From assembly GCF_009914755.1 (NCBI RefSeq), contig NC_060933.1: a DNA stretch of 64,000 nucleotides; one strand, 5' to 3'. The notes beneath the pieces were generated by a model. The model made no database searches. It saw only the letters and a program-made list of their open reading frames with translations, and was not told the origin of the DNA. The stretch is from the human T2T-CHM13v2.0 reference genome, Homo sapiens. Below, one piece after another: positions 33,300 through 51,591 of the stretch. A program made the position numbers and the translations under genes. Positions within the stretch are counted from its first letter, which is position 1; the number at the start of each line of letters is the position of its first letter.

Positions 33300-33920
33300 C
33301 AGACATCTTCCCTGAGATGCCTAAGGACAAAAGAGGAGCTAGACACAACTCTCCCCATTTTTCCTTTGCTGTCTTAAGAGTGCTCCATCTTCCAGCACTG
33401 ACTGCCCTCTGTGGCTGGCTCCTTTCTCTACCCTCCCCCTTCCCTAGGCTAAAGGGCCCACAGGGGCTGGAAGGGAGGGAGGCTGAGTGGCTGTGCTGTG
33501 GGCCTGCCTGCTCCTTTCCCTTCCCCCTTCCCTTAGCAGCAACGTCACCGCAGCACCAGCAGCCGCGGCAGCAGCACGGAGACTGGGGCTGGGATTGCGC
33601 AGCCTCCCTGCATTAGCAACGATGCCATTGTATTAGCAGAAATCAGATCTTAGGAAATCGGCCCAGTTCCCCTGTGTGATCCCGTGGAACAGTGTCTCAG
33701 CTGGAACTGTCGCGGTAGAGCTTGGTCGGAGTGCAAAAGGGACAGACGCATCAGGGGTCCAGCTCAAGGCTCCTGACAGAGGTATGGCTCAGGGAGCTGG
33801 GGGAGGGGCAGGGCAGAGATGCTAGGATACCGATCAGCACATTTGGGCCCTGGCTTCTGAGGGTTGGCTTTGTCTTTCCAAAAGGGAGAGGGGGGCGGTG
33901 CGGGGGGGGATAAAGGGGGG
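33300..33920 (+). promoter_or_regulatory. RUSC2: Candidate internal RUSC2 promoter and non-coding first exon ending at the donor after 33781
   Basis: Local CpG/GC enrichment (33540-33750), CGTCA, TAGCAAC, GC-box and G-runs at 33884-33920, donor AG|GTATGG at 33781/33782; the 5' boundary is not determinable from sequence. Confidence 0.6.
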
Positions 33921-34778
33921 AACATGCGGAAGCACAAGCATTAGACAAGCTCATTGCATACATTTGGGCTATGGTGCAGAGATGGGGAAAAGCCAAGGCT
34001 TGGGCTAATGCCATTTATGCTATTTTGTCAAGAAGCAGATCTCATCCTTCCTTTTTGGGCATTTCTAATGAAGCTTCTAGTATGGGTCAGGGATGGGGGA
34101 GTCAGATCTAGAAACAAAGGCTTAATAGGAGGAGACACCCCTACAGCTACTGTAAGTTTATGATGGAGAACATGCAAGGATCCTCGCAGCTTTCAAGAGG
34201 AGGGCTGGGAAACCTTTCTCTCCACACACACACATACATACATACATGCATGCATGCATGCACATAGCTATACATGCACATAGACACACATACCATATCT
34301 TCTGGTGCTATGGGAGCCACCAGGCTCCAGGTAAGGGTGGAGTAAGAAAACATTGACCAGGGTGCCCCACAGTGTCTGGCAGGGGCAGGGACAGTCATTG
34401 TAATGCCTAGGGCACCTGATCTGTTACAGTAAGCCTTCAAGAAGAGACCTAAGCATAAGCTAACACTCCCAAATCTACCCTCCTGCCCTCCTCCCTTTGA
34501 TCCTACCCAGGAGAGGACCAGTCAGGAAAAGCGTTATCAGTCCTACAGAGGCACCTTATCAGGATCTCAAGTCAAGGTCAGATTGCTAGAGAAGAGCAAT
34601 TGAAGACCATTGTGTTCCCCATCTTTATTCAGAAGGCCAAAAAAGAGGGAAGGGGTTCTATGACTGGCAGAAAGACACTGATGACCAAAGCTAGAGGAAA
34701 CCTTCTTTCTGGGGTTTTCCCGCCCAGAGTTGCTCCATTGCTGAGCAGGTAGAAAGAGTTCCCTAAATTCCCATTTCC

Positions 34779-35050
34779 ACACCTGTAATCCCAGCACTTT
34801 GAGAGGCTGGGATGGGAGGATCACTTGAGCCTAGGAGTTGAGACCAGCCTGGGCAACATGGTGAAACCCTGTCTCTACAAAAAATTTAAAAATTAGCCAG
34901 GCATTGTGGTGTGCACCTGTAGTCCCAGCTACTAAGGAGGCTGGGTGGGAGGATCACTTGAGCCCAGGAGTTCAAGGTGCAGTGAGCTATGATCGCATCA
35001 CTGCACTGTAGCCTAAGCAACAAAGCTAGACTCTGTCTGTAAAAAATAAT
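34779..35050 (+). mobile_element. 5'-truncated AluJ-like element
   Basis: TSD aaattcccatttc. Confidence 0.9.
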
Positions 35051-36072
35051 TGTAAAAAAATTCCCATTTCTAATAACCACCTTGGTAGAGGGTTCAAAAA
35101 CATAGGATAATAGGAGACAGTAGTGCCATGTTGTGCAACTATATGGTTAAGGAATATGCTGGATAGTTATGGGAGTGTATTTGTTCCCAGGAAGTGTCTA
35201 GCAATGTGAACCACAAGAGCAGGGAATAATGAGCCTTGAGACCATGAATGGGGCAGGGAGATGAGGGCTGGGAACTGGGGCAGGAGGTGGGATTGGCAAG
35301 TGTTATCATAGCCTGGGGACAGTATGAAAGGGACTGTAGGTTCATAGAATAGAGAGGCCGGTAGACATAACCTGTGTAAATGGAGGCTGAAATGTGGGTC
35401 TACCCAGGACAGGTAGGAAGCAGATGCTCTGGGAGCAGAGTAATTGCAAGGACTTTAGGAAGAGGGTGTGGCCCCAATCATTTTCTTTGGAAGGCCGTTG
35501 TAGTGGAAATAATTACAAATTGGGCAGACCTGGGATTGAATCCCATCTCAGATGTGTAAATGTGGACAAACTACTTACACACTCTAAGCTTTGGTTTTCT
35601 CATCTTTACAATGGGAAGGATTATGCCTACTTAAAAATGTTACAGTACATTTAGAGATGATATATATAAATTAATGGCACATAAGTGTTTAATAAATGAT
35701 CACTTATAGTATTATAATAGGACAAGAGACACCCATTTGGGACAAGGGCCAGGAAAAGGGCTCTCATAGAAAGCTTTTCCTGATTTTGGAGAGCATGACC
35801 TCATAACTTTATACTGGCTGAGCCCACCATTCCACTCTACCTGGTAGGCATAGCTAGAGGGCTCATCTTCTGAAAGAGCTGTCTTCTACTTTCTTCTTAT
35901 TCTGGATCCTCTGTTTCTCCCCCATCCTCATCTTCCATGTCTCTCCATTTAGTCAGGGCAGAAAAAGTCTGAAATGAGCTCTTCCAGCTCACTGTTTTCT
36001 CTTCACCTTCATTAGAGGGGATGGGCCACTTGTCTTGATGTAGAAAAAGTCACTCCCAGGAAAGGAGCCTGA

Positions 36073-36415
<343 letters not shown>

Positions 36416-36949
36416 TCTACTCTCATTATATTCTTAACTGACCAAGAAAAAAGATCAAAAGTTAGGATTCCTGAGTCTCATCTTAATTCTGTTATTTATT
36501 CACTGAGTGGTCTTGGGCAAGTCATTTCATTTTTCTGGGTGTATAATTATTTTAAAATTTTTATATATATAAAATTTTTTTAAATTATTTTTATATCATA
36601 TAACATTTTTTAAAATTTTATAAATATAAAAATAATTCCTTATTTTTAAAAATGAAGATGGCTCTGCCTCCTTTGGAAGTTGATGTAAGGATCAGTAAGA
36701 TATGCATACATAAAAAGTGCCTTGTAAGTAAATGTGAATGGGGTGGGCAAAGCATGAGTACAAAATCTCATGAGATGCCTGGAGAACTTCCCCTTAGATG
36801 GCTGAATTGGAATCGTCTATGGAGGAGCCATTGCTCGGCCTTTCTCTTGGTTGTGTGGAGATCAGAAAGGAATAAGATCTTCTCTGAGATACAAAAGCAT
36901 AAAATAAAATGAAATCAATCAGTGAAAGAGCTTGACAGTTAAAGTAGGA

Positions 36950-37305
36950 TTCAATACAACCTAAATGTAAAAGCTACAACTATACAGCTTTTAGAAGAAA
37001 ACATAGGTACATTTCTTTATGGTCTTAGGACAGGTAAAGATTTCTTAGGATACAGAAAGATTTAACCATAGAGAAACAAACTCTATGATCAGTTGATCAA
37101 TTGATCAATTTAAATTTAATAAATTAAAAACTATTTATCAAAAAACACAGTTAAGAAAACAGGGACAAGCCACAGGCTGAGAGAAAATATTCATGAGGCA
37201 TATATCTGACAGAGGACTTGTATCCAGAATAAATGTTAAAACTCCTATAATTCAATCATAAAAAGACTAACAACTCAGGTTATTTTAATGGGAAAAGTAG
37301 TCAAC
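36950..37305 (+). mobile_element. L1M ORF2 C-terminal region fragment
   Basis: acctaaatgtaaaagctacaactatacagcttttagaagaaaacatagg...gacttgtatccagaat. Confidence 0.8.
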
Positions 37306-37815
37306 AAATAACCAGGCACCTACTGTGTTCCAAGCACAGAGTTCACTGTATTGCAGTCTCCAACCTCAGAACTGTGCTCCAGTCTGGGAGATAGATATGT
37401 CAACATCACATTACAATACAATTGTCAGTGCCCTCCAGCCAAGGGCTCCGTCATCTCCCACGCTCATGTGTTCTTCATCTCTGATTTAGAGAGTCAGCTT
37501 TCTGCATTCTGTATCTGTACATCAGTTTTTCCATATTAATGCATGTATGTCCTGGTAATGGTTTTGTGGCAGAATCATACATTCTTTTATGTGATACTTG
37601 TGAATGCCTCTTGAAAATGCTTTAAAAAGGAAGAAAAGGTACTCATTGAAGGTCAGTGATGGCTGCAACCCATAGGTACCCCTAAAATTACTGCTATCTA
37701 TGTAAGAAAGTTCTCTATGCTCCTTTTAGTCCAGACTCGGGATTATGGCCAGGACTCCAGGGGAAACGTAGTTATGTATGAAAGGAGAAACCCCCTCAAA
37801 GAAAAAAAATTGTTT

Positions 37816-39546
<1,731 letters not shown>

Positions 39547-41102
39547 GTAACCCTTAATCTTGTAGCTCAGACTCTCTTAATATCTGCCCTTCTACATCTC
39601 TACCCATTAGCCCATTAAACACACAAAGGCTTGGAAGTTCAACAGAGGAGCCTGCCTTCCTCTCAGAAAGGGGAGGAGGAAGCAAGATTGTAAATAATTG
39701 CTGCTTAAATTTAACACAATTATATTTTAATACCTTGTCCCTTATACGTATACTTATTAGCCATATTTTTTATGCATTGTTTGTTCATGTCCTTGAGCAT
39801 ATGTGACTTGCCTCAGACTTTACCACATTCCACATGACGAGCTATGACCCTATGGTCTACATGAGTTAAATTTTAAGAAATTGATTGTGTCAAGGATTCA
39901 GTTAAATGATGAATAAGAGAAAGGCAATGAGGGATTTAGACTCAGGGTGAGTGAAAAGGAAATGATAGGAATAAAAAGAGAAAGGAAATGAATGAATTTT
40001 GGAACATTACATGTGAGGAGTCGAAGGGAATGAAGACTGTTGCGACCTGAACGTGGAAACACAGGAGACTAGAACTTGAGCAGGCCACACTGCCACGGTG
40101 CAGCCAAGAGACCAGAGAAGCTCAGGATGGGTTCTGTGTCCTTGGCACCAGGAGACCTTGAACAAGAGAGAACTTTGCTTTAGCCTATAAGAGGTAAAAC
40201 TGGGAAGAGAAGACTTTCTAGTGGATCCCAGTAGTGAAGGTTCTAAGCTAAAACTGGGCAGCATTTGGGCACTTCAGGATGTCTGTATCCTGAGCTAGAC
40301 GCATGTTAAGAATGTATTATGCCTTTCACGTTTATCTTGTGTGATGTGTTAGAATGATACAAAAGACATAAAACTAGGTCCCCCCACCCCCATTGAGGAG
40401 GAAGAGGTTGACATCAGTCATACTTGCAGTCACCCTAATGCCCAACTCAGTGTCTGCATTCAAGAAGTTCTAGTATAGTAGTGAGGATAGTAAGGATACT
40501 TAGCCCACGGTCATCAGAAAGGGACAAATATTCTGGGGCTTGTAGGACGAGAAAGGGGATCAGAGATAACAGTCACTTGGTCAGATGATACCGTATATTT
40601 TAAAATGCTTCTTGCAAAATTATAGCTTATTGCTATGAGTTCATATTATTCATGATTTTCCCTCTTGGCTGTAAACTTGTGTGCTATAGCTGTGTCTAAG
40701 CCTTAAACATCCTAGATGGTTTTTTCTTAATTGTGTCATTATTCATAGTTTTTTTGTGCTAAGGACTGGTCATTGTTTACTGCCAAGGAGAGGGTCCTTG
40801 AAAGAGAAAGGGAAAGTACTGCCCAAACCTTCATATGTGGCATTAGAAGGACTTGGCCTTTTGTCATAATTTGATGCATAGTGACCTTAAAATTAAGGGG
40901 GACCTCAGGTGCTGCACCTGTGCAATGCAGAAAGCATGGTTACGTCCCCACCTGCCTATTGGGCTGTGTGGTCAAGCTCCATCTTGACTCAAGCCTTTTC
41001 TCTTCCTGGGCTCTTCTCCATCTGAAAATGATGTAGGGAAGGGCATGCCCCTGACTTCCAGGGAGGTGACATTAGGTTCCCTTTCTTTCCCTCTCTCTCC
41101 AG

Positions 41103-41194
41103 GTGCCAAGCTCTCCTGATGAAATGTGTTCTGCCCCACTGGGCTCCAGGGACAGTGTCTGGTGCTGTTGAAGCCCTTATTCGAACTTTCCAGA
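41103..41194 (+). other. RUSC2: RUSC2 5' UTR part of the first coding exon (exon 2)
   Basis: Strong polypyrimidine tract and AG at 41101-41102; 92 nt to the ATG. Confidence 0.9.
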
Positions 41195-43208
41195 ATGGAT
41201 AGTCCCCCAAAGCTGACTGGAGAGACCCTCATCGTTCATCACATCCCCCTGGTGCACTGCCAAGTCCCAGACAGGCAGTGCTGTGGAGGGGCAGGTGGAG
41301 GTGGTGGGAGCACAAGACCTAATCCCTTCTGCCCACCTGAGCTGGGCATCACCCAGCCCGATCAAGACCTAGGACAAGCTGACTCCCTGCTATTCAGCAG
41401 CCTGCACTCTGCTCCAGGAGGAACTGCACGGTCTATAGACAGCACCAAGAGTAGGAGTCGGGATGGAAGAGGCCCTGGAGCCCCCAAACGACACAACCCC
41501 TTCTTGCTGCAGGAGGGTGTGGGTGAGCCAGGACTTGGTGACCTGTATGATGACAGCATTGGTGACAGTGCCACCCAGCAGTCCTTCCACCTGCATGGCA
41601 CTGGCCAGCCCAACTTTCATCTATCCTCTTTCCAGCTGCCACCATCTGGCCCCAGAGTGGGCAGGCCATGGGGGACAACACGCAGTCGGGCTGGAGTGGT
41701 GGAAGGGCAGGAACAGGAGCCAGTGATGACCTTGGATACTCAGCAGTGCGGCACCAGCCACTGCTGCCGGCCAGAGCTGGAAGCAGAGACTATGGAGCTG
41801 GATGAGTGTGGGGGACCTGGTGGGAGTGGCAGTGGGGGTGGAGCCAGCGATACCTCTGGCTTTTCCTTTGACCAGGAATGGAAGCTCAGTTCAGATGAAT
41901 CCCCAAGGAACCCTGGATGCTCCGGCTCAGGGGACCAGCACTGCCGCTGCAGTAGCACATCCAGTCAGTCCGAGGCAGCTGACCAGTCCATGGGCTATGT
42001 GAGCGACTCCTCCTGCAACAGTTCAGATGGTGTGCTGGTCACCTTCAGCACCCTCTACAACAAGATGCATGGCACCCCCCGTGCCAATCTCAACTCTGCC
42101 CCACAGTCCTGCAGCGACTCTTCCTTCTGCAGCCACTCAGACCCTGGCGCCTTCTATCTGGATCTGCAGCCCTCCCCATTTGAGTCTAAGATGTCTTATG
42201 AGTCCCATCACCCTGAAAGTGGAGGAAGGGAAGGGGGCTATGGTTGCCCTCATGCCTCTTCTCCTGAGCTTGATGCCAACTGCAACTCCTACCGCCCACA
42301 CTGTGAGCCGTGCCCAGCAGTGGCTGACCTCACAGCCTGCTTCCAAAGCCAGGCCCGTCTTGTTGTGGCCACACAAAATTACTATAAACTTGTCACCTGT
42401 GACCTATCTTCCCAATCATCCCCAAGCCCTGCTGGCTCTTCCATCACTAGCTGCTCTGAGGAACACACCAAGATAAGTCCCCCACCAGGCCCTGGCCCAG
42501 ACCCAGGCCCCAGCCAGCCCTCTGAGTATTACCTATTCCAGAAGCCAGAAGTCCAGCCAGAGGAACAAGAAGCAGTGAGTTCCTCCACCCAAGCAGCAGC
42601 TGCTGTGGGCCCCACTGTGCTTGAGGGACAAGTATACACGAATACTTCACCCCCCAACCTCAGCACTGGACGTCAGCGCTCCCGCAGCTATGATCGCAGC
42701 CTGCAGCGCAGCCCTCCTGTCCGCCTGGGCTCGCTGGAACGTATGTTGAGTTGCCCAGTGCGCTTGAGTGAGGGCCCTGCAGCCATGGCCGGGCCTGGCT
42801 CCCCACCCAGGAGGGTCACCTCCTTTGCCGAGCTGGCCAAGGGCCGGAAGAAAACTGGAGGCTCTGGCTCGCCCCCACTTCGTGTGAGTGTTGGGGACTC
42901 CTCCCAGGAGTTCTCACCCATCCAAGAAGCCCAGCAAGATCGGGGGGCCCCACTGGATGAGGGCACTTGCTGTAGCCATAGCCTGCCACCCATGCCTTTG
43001 GGGCCAGGCATGGACCTACTTGGCCCAGACCCAAGTCCACCCTGGTCCACCCAGGTCTGTCAGGGACCCCACTCCAGTGAGATGCCTCCTGCTGGCCTCA
43101 GAGCTACTGGGCAAGGCCCCCTGGCTCAGCTGATGGATCCAGGGCCTGCTCTCCCAGGGAGCCCAGCCAACAGCCATACCCAGAGGGATGCAAGAGCTAG
43201 AGCTGACG
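41195..43208 (+). CDS. RUSC2: RUSC2 (RUN and SH3 domain-containing 2, iporin) coding exon 2; N-terminal Ser/Pro/Gly-rich region
   Basis: agaATGG in strong Kozak context; [25 protein letters not shown]...; 2014 nt; donor G|GTAAGG, phase 1. Confidence 0.96.
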
Positions 43209-43383
43209 GTAAGGAGCCTAAGGGTTAGCAAATATGTGGCTATTCACCAGCAGGATATGCATGGCCACCTCCCTGACAGGTCCCTGCCAGACCACCCCAT
43301 CCATACCACTAGAGGTTCCACATCCTAGATCTGTTATCCTTCTAGGCCAGGGCAGGACCCACAGCTACAGTGGAATAGGCTCA

Positions 43384-43743
<360 letters not shown>

Positions 43744-43965
43744 TCAGCAGGACTTAGAGGCTGACATATTGGGAAATGAAGGATTCAGAAGACTGATTCT
43801 GAACCTGGATGATGGGAAAGATGAGGCCATGGATAGGGGCTGTAATCACAGGAGATTTCCTGGAAGAAAAGTTCAGGTTCAGACCTTTAGGAGTTTGCAG
43901 TGCCTAAGGGGCAACCAAGGGATATGTCTAACAACAACAACACACACACACTGGGCGTCAGTGAA

Positions 43966-47535
<3,570 letters not shown>

Positions 47536-48589
47536 CCCCACAGGGGCCCCCTTCTTACCTGATCTTATTCCTCTGCCTCAGTCTGTATCCTGGGAACTTA
47601 GCAGAGAGGAGTTTTAAAAGGGTAGGAATAAGCAGTCTAATTCAGACATACTTTGTATAGGGGGTATAATAATGCTGTGGTTGGGATGACCTAATCCGAT
47701 AGCCAGAGTCAGCTCAGCCTTGAAAACTGATACTTAAATAGGCGGAAAGGAAGGACACATTCCTGATGGGAAAAGCAGTGGGCTTCATGACAGGGATGGA
47801 CTGGGAAGAGTAGGGTCAGTGGGGGCAGGTGTGGAAGTCTGAAGGGAGAGCAGCCTAGCTCGTAGCAGGTGTGGGCAACTAGCTCACTGAGAAGATTAGA
47901 CTTTATTCTGGGAGATAAAATTTGTATCTCAGAAGCTAGTTGGTGTATGTAAGAAGCTTCTGGTTGTAGTGAGACTGGCTTGAATCAAGAGTGACCGTGG
48001 AGATTCCCTCATTTAACAGATGGTTTTTCACTCCATACTGTGTGCCAGCCTCTGTTCCAGGCATTATGGATCCAGCAGTGAACAATATAAAATCCCCACT
48101 TTTCTGGAGCTCTTAGGAGCAGTAATGGACAATAAACACATTAAAAGGACAACTTTTAATTGCTGGAAAGTTCAACAATGCTGAAAAGAAAATGAAACAG
48201 GGTAATGGGATAGAGAGCAACTTGCCAGAGGGGCTGACGTAGTCAGAGAAGGTCTTATTGAGGGGGTGATATTTGAGCTGATGCCTGAATGGTGAGAAGA
48301 TTCAGACAGAAAGAAAAGCAGGTGCAAAAGGCCCGGAGATGTTCATGCATCTGGTGTGTTTAAGGACGGGGAAGTGTGGCTGGAGCACAGTGGGCCAGGG
48401 AGAATGCAGAGTCTGTGTAAGCAGTGACTGGGTATAGCAGGAGGGTGGAGCTTGAAAGTGTCCCCTGGGAGTGATTCAGAAGCACCTCCCTAATGGGATT
48501 GTGGTCCCCATCCCCTCTGACTCTTTGATGTAAATAAGATGAGGGATAGGAAAACCTGGCCTGATACAATTTCACATGTAGTACAATGT

Positions 48590-48750
48590 GGTAAAAAGAA
48601 CAGTGGCTCTGAAATCAGACTCTGGGTTAGGCAGAATTCTAGCTCTGCCACTTCCTAGTTGTTTGACCTTGAGCAAGTGCTTTAATCTGTCTACATTTCA
48701 CATTTCCTAATATGTCAAGTAAGAGAACTAATTCCCGCCTCGCAGAGCTA
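48590..48750 (+). mobile_element. MIR
   Basis: ggctctgaaatcagac...ctctgccacttcctagttgtttgaccttgagcaagt. Confidence 0.75.
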
Positions 48751-49732
48751 CTGAGCCCCACTGCTGGTGAGCTTTCACCAGGGCTTTAGGCCGGGTGCGT
48801 GCTTATAGCGCCATCTTACGTTTATTCGGAGATCTACAGTGTTTTGTTGGAAGTGCAGTCCATCCACTGTCCCACTCCAGTGTCCTGGAGTTTTGTGTTT
48901 AGTTCTGAGCACCACGTTTTGAAGGACATTGACCTGAAGACTGCCTGAAAGAACAGGAGAGGCCCAGCCTTGGGGAACATACCTCCGTTCAGGGGGAGCA
49001 AATGTGGACTCTGAGGTTCCAATGCCAGGATCGTGAAAAGAGTGGGAGTGGGGGTAGATACAGATAACAGGTAGGCTGCAAGTAAAGAAATATCTTACTA
49101 TGGTTCGATATGCTCAGGAATGAAATGTGCTGGCATGATTGGAGATGGGATAATGAGCAAAAGCTTGAAGTCAGTAACATCTGAAACATTTTCATCACTG
49201 AAAATGTGTGTGACTGTGACTCCAAGACTTAGAAACAAAGAAAATGGTTCTGCCATTGATAGAAATGGAAGTCATCGGAAAAAAGGAGAAAGGTGATGGA
49301 TAAGCGGTTATAGCACATTTTAAGTGAAAGCAGAACTATAAAGCAGAATGATCTGGAGATGAAGAGGAAGGTCCAGGCTAAAGCTGTGGGTTTGGGAGTC
49401 ATCCCGTAGAAGTCTGAACTCAAAACTTCTCAAGAAATAAAGTGTAAGGTGAGATGCAAGAGTTGAGCCTTAAGATACACTCACCTTTGGAGTCAAGAAA
49501 ATGAAGAGGGACTGAACAGCAGAGAGGTACAAGACAGTCCAGCACCATAAAAGCAATAGGAAGCGTTTTACAAAAGAGGGGAGCAGTGTCCCATTCCACG
49601 AACTTCTACCCCATTCAATTCCTGCCAGCCAGGTCCCTGCCCCTCTCCCCTCTCCCATCTCTGCTTCTGGGTTTTCTCTCATATGGGTTTCAGTGTCTGT
49701 CTACTGATTTCTTCTCCATCCCTTTGCTACAG

Positions 49733-50374
49733 GGGGTGGCACCGAGAGCCGACCAGTCCTTCGCTACAGCAAGGAACAGAGGCCAACCACACTGCCCATC
49801 CAGCCCTTCGTGTTCCAGCACCACTTCCCCAAGCAGCTGGCCAAGGCCCGGGCCCTCCACAGCCTTTCCCAGCTCTACAGCCTCTCAGGCTGCAGCCGTA
49901 CACAGCAGCCTGCCCCACTGGCTGCCCCTGCTGCTCAAGTCTCAGTCCCAGCTCCCTCAGGGGAACCGCAGGCATCCACTCCCCGAGCCACTGGCAGAGG
50001 TGCCAGGAAAGCTGGGTCTGAGCCAGAGACCTCTCGGCCATCGCCCCTGGGCAGCTACTCCCCCATCCGGAGTGTTGGCCCCTTTGGGCCCAGCACTGAC
50101 TCTTCTGCCTCCACTTCGTGCTCCCCTCCCCCAGAGCAGCCCACAGCCACAGAAAGCCTGCCCCCATGGAGCCACTCCTGTCCTTCTGCTGTCCGGCCTG
50201 CCACCTCCCAGCAGCCGCAGAAGGAGGATCAGAAGATACTGACCTTGACTGAGTACCGGCTCCATGGAACAGGAAGCTTGCCGCCTCTGGGCTCCTGGCG
50301 ATCTGGCCTCAGCCGAGCAGAGAGCCTGGCCCGGGGAGGTGGTGAGGGCAGCATGGCCACCAGGCCCAGTAATG
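49733..50374 (+). CDS. RUSC2: RUSC2 exon 3
   Basis: ctacag|GG...AATG|gtacga; 642 nt, phase 1-1; [31 protein letters not shown]...ATRPSN. Confidence 0.94.
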
Positions 50375-50624
50375 GTACGAGCTCCAGCATCTCCCTACCC
50401 AACCCGCCACCTCACGCAAGCACTTCCACCACCTCCCCTTTGAGTGGTTGCTTACACTCTCACCTGGGGCCAGAGGTTAGGATGTCTGCATCCCTCCCTC
50501 AGCATCTGTAGATAATATCCACAGATAATCTAGTGTTTCATATGGGCCCACTGGGTGGATGTGAAACTCTGTCTCGCTGTCTCCTGCCAACTCTTGTCTT
50601 TCTGCTAATCTGTTCTGCTTCCAG

Positions 50625-50810
50625 CCAACCACCTATCCCCTCAAGCCCTCAAGTGGCGGGAATACAGGAGGAAGAACCCACTAGGGCCACCTGGTTTGTC
50701 AGGGAGCCTAGACCGAAGATCACAAGAAGCTCGGCTGGCCCGAAGAAACCCTATCTTTGAGTTCCCTGGCTCCCTCAGTGCTGCCAGCCATCTGAACTGC
50801 CGGCTGAATG
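50625..50810 (+). CDS. RUSC2: RUSC2 exon 4
   Basis: ttccag|CC...AATG|gtgtgt; 186 nt; [21 protein letters not shown]...NCRLN. Confidence 0.92.
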
Positions 50811-50980
50811 GTGTGTGAGCAGGGTCCCCAGTACACCCGGGGCAGGCTCTGCCATGGCTGGAAAGGGCTAGAGAAGGGGTCAGTCCCAAAGGAACGTGTC
50901 TCAGACGGTACGAGGCACTGAACTGGCCTGGAACTCCTGCACTGAGAGTTGCTCAGGATTGATTTTTCTCTTCTTTCCAG

Positions 50981-51121
50981 GCCAAGCAGTGAAGCCGTTA
51001 CCACTGACCTGCCCTGACTTCCAGGACCCCTTTTCCTTGACGGAGAAGCCTCCAGCTGAGTTTTGTCTGTCCCCAGATGGCAGCTCAGAGGCCATTTCCA
51101 TTGACCTGCTTCAGAAAAAAG
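50981..51121 (+). CDS. RUSC2: RUSC2 exon 5
   Basis: ttccag|GC...AAAG|gtgcat; 141 nt; [16 protein letters not shown]...IDLLQKK. Confidence 0.92.
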
Positions 51122-51215
51122 GTGCATACAACCCCCAGCTCAGGCCAGGGACTCTGCTGTCACTACCTCCTCACACTTGCCCTACTACCTAGCCAGTCTG
51201 AAACCTCTAAGTGCT

Positions 51216-51591
<376 letters not shown>

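Noticed and set aside
37085-37110. Palindromic ttgatcaattgatcaa repeat
   Set aside because: Local slippage within a decayed L1 fragment
42027-42476. 149-aa alternative-frame ORF inside exon 2
   Set aside because: Far downstream of a strong main ATG; its length is unremarkable at this GC content
41126-43228. The 700-aa ORF as a stand-alone gene
   Set aside because: It starts at a GTG in the 5' UTR and runs past the donor at 43208; the real CDS begins at ATG 41195 and splices on
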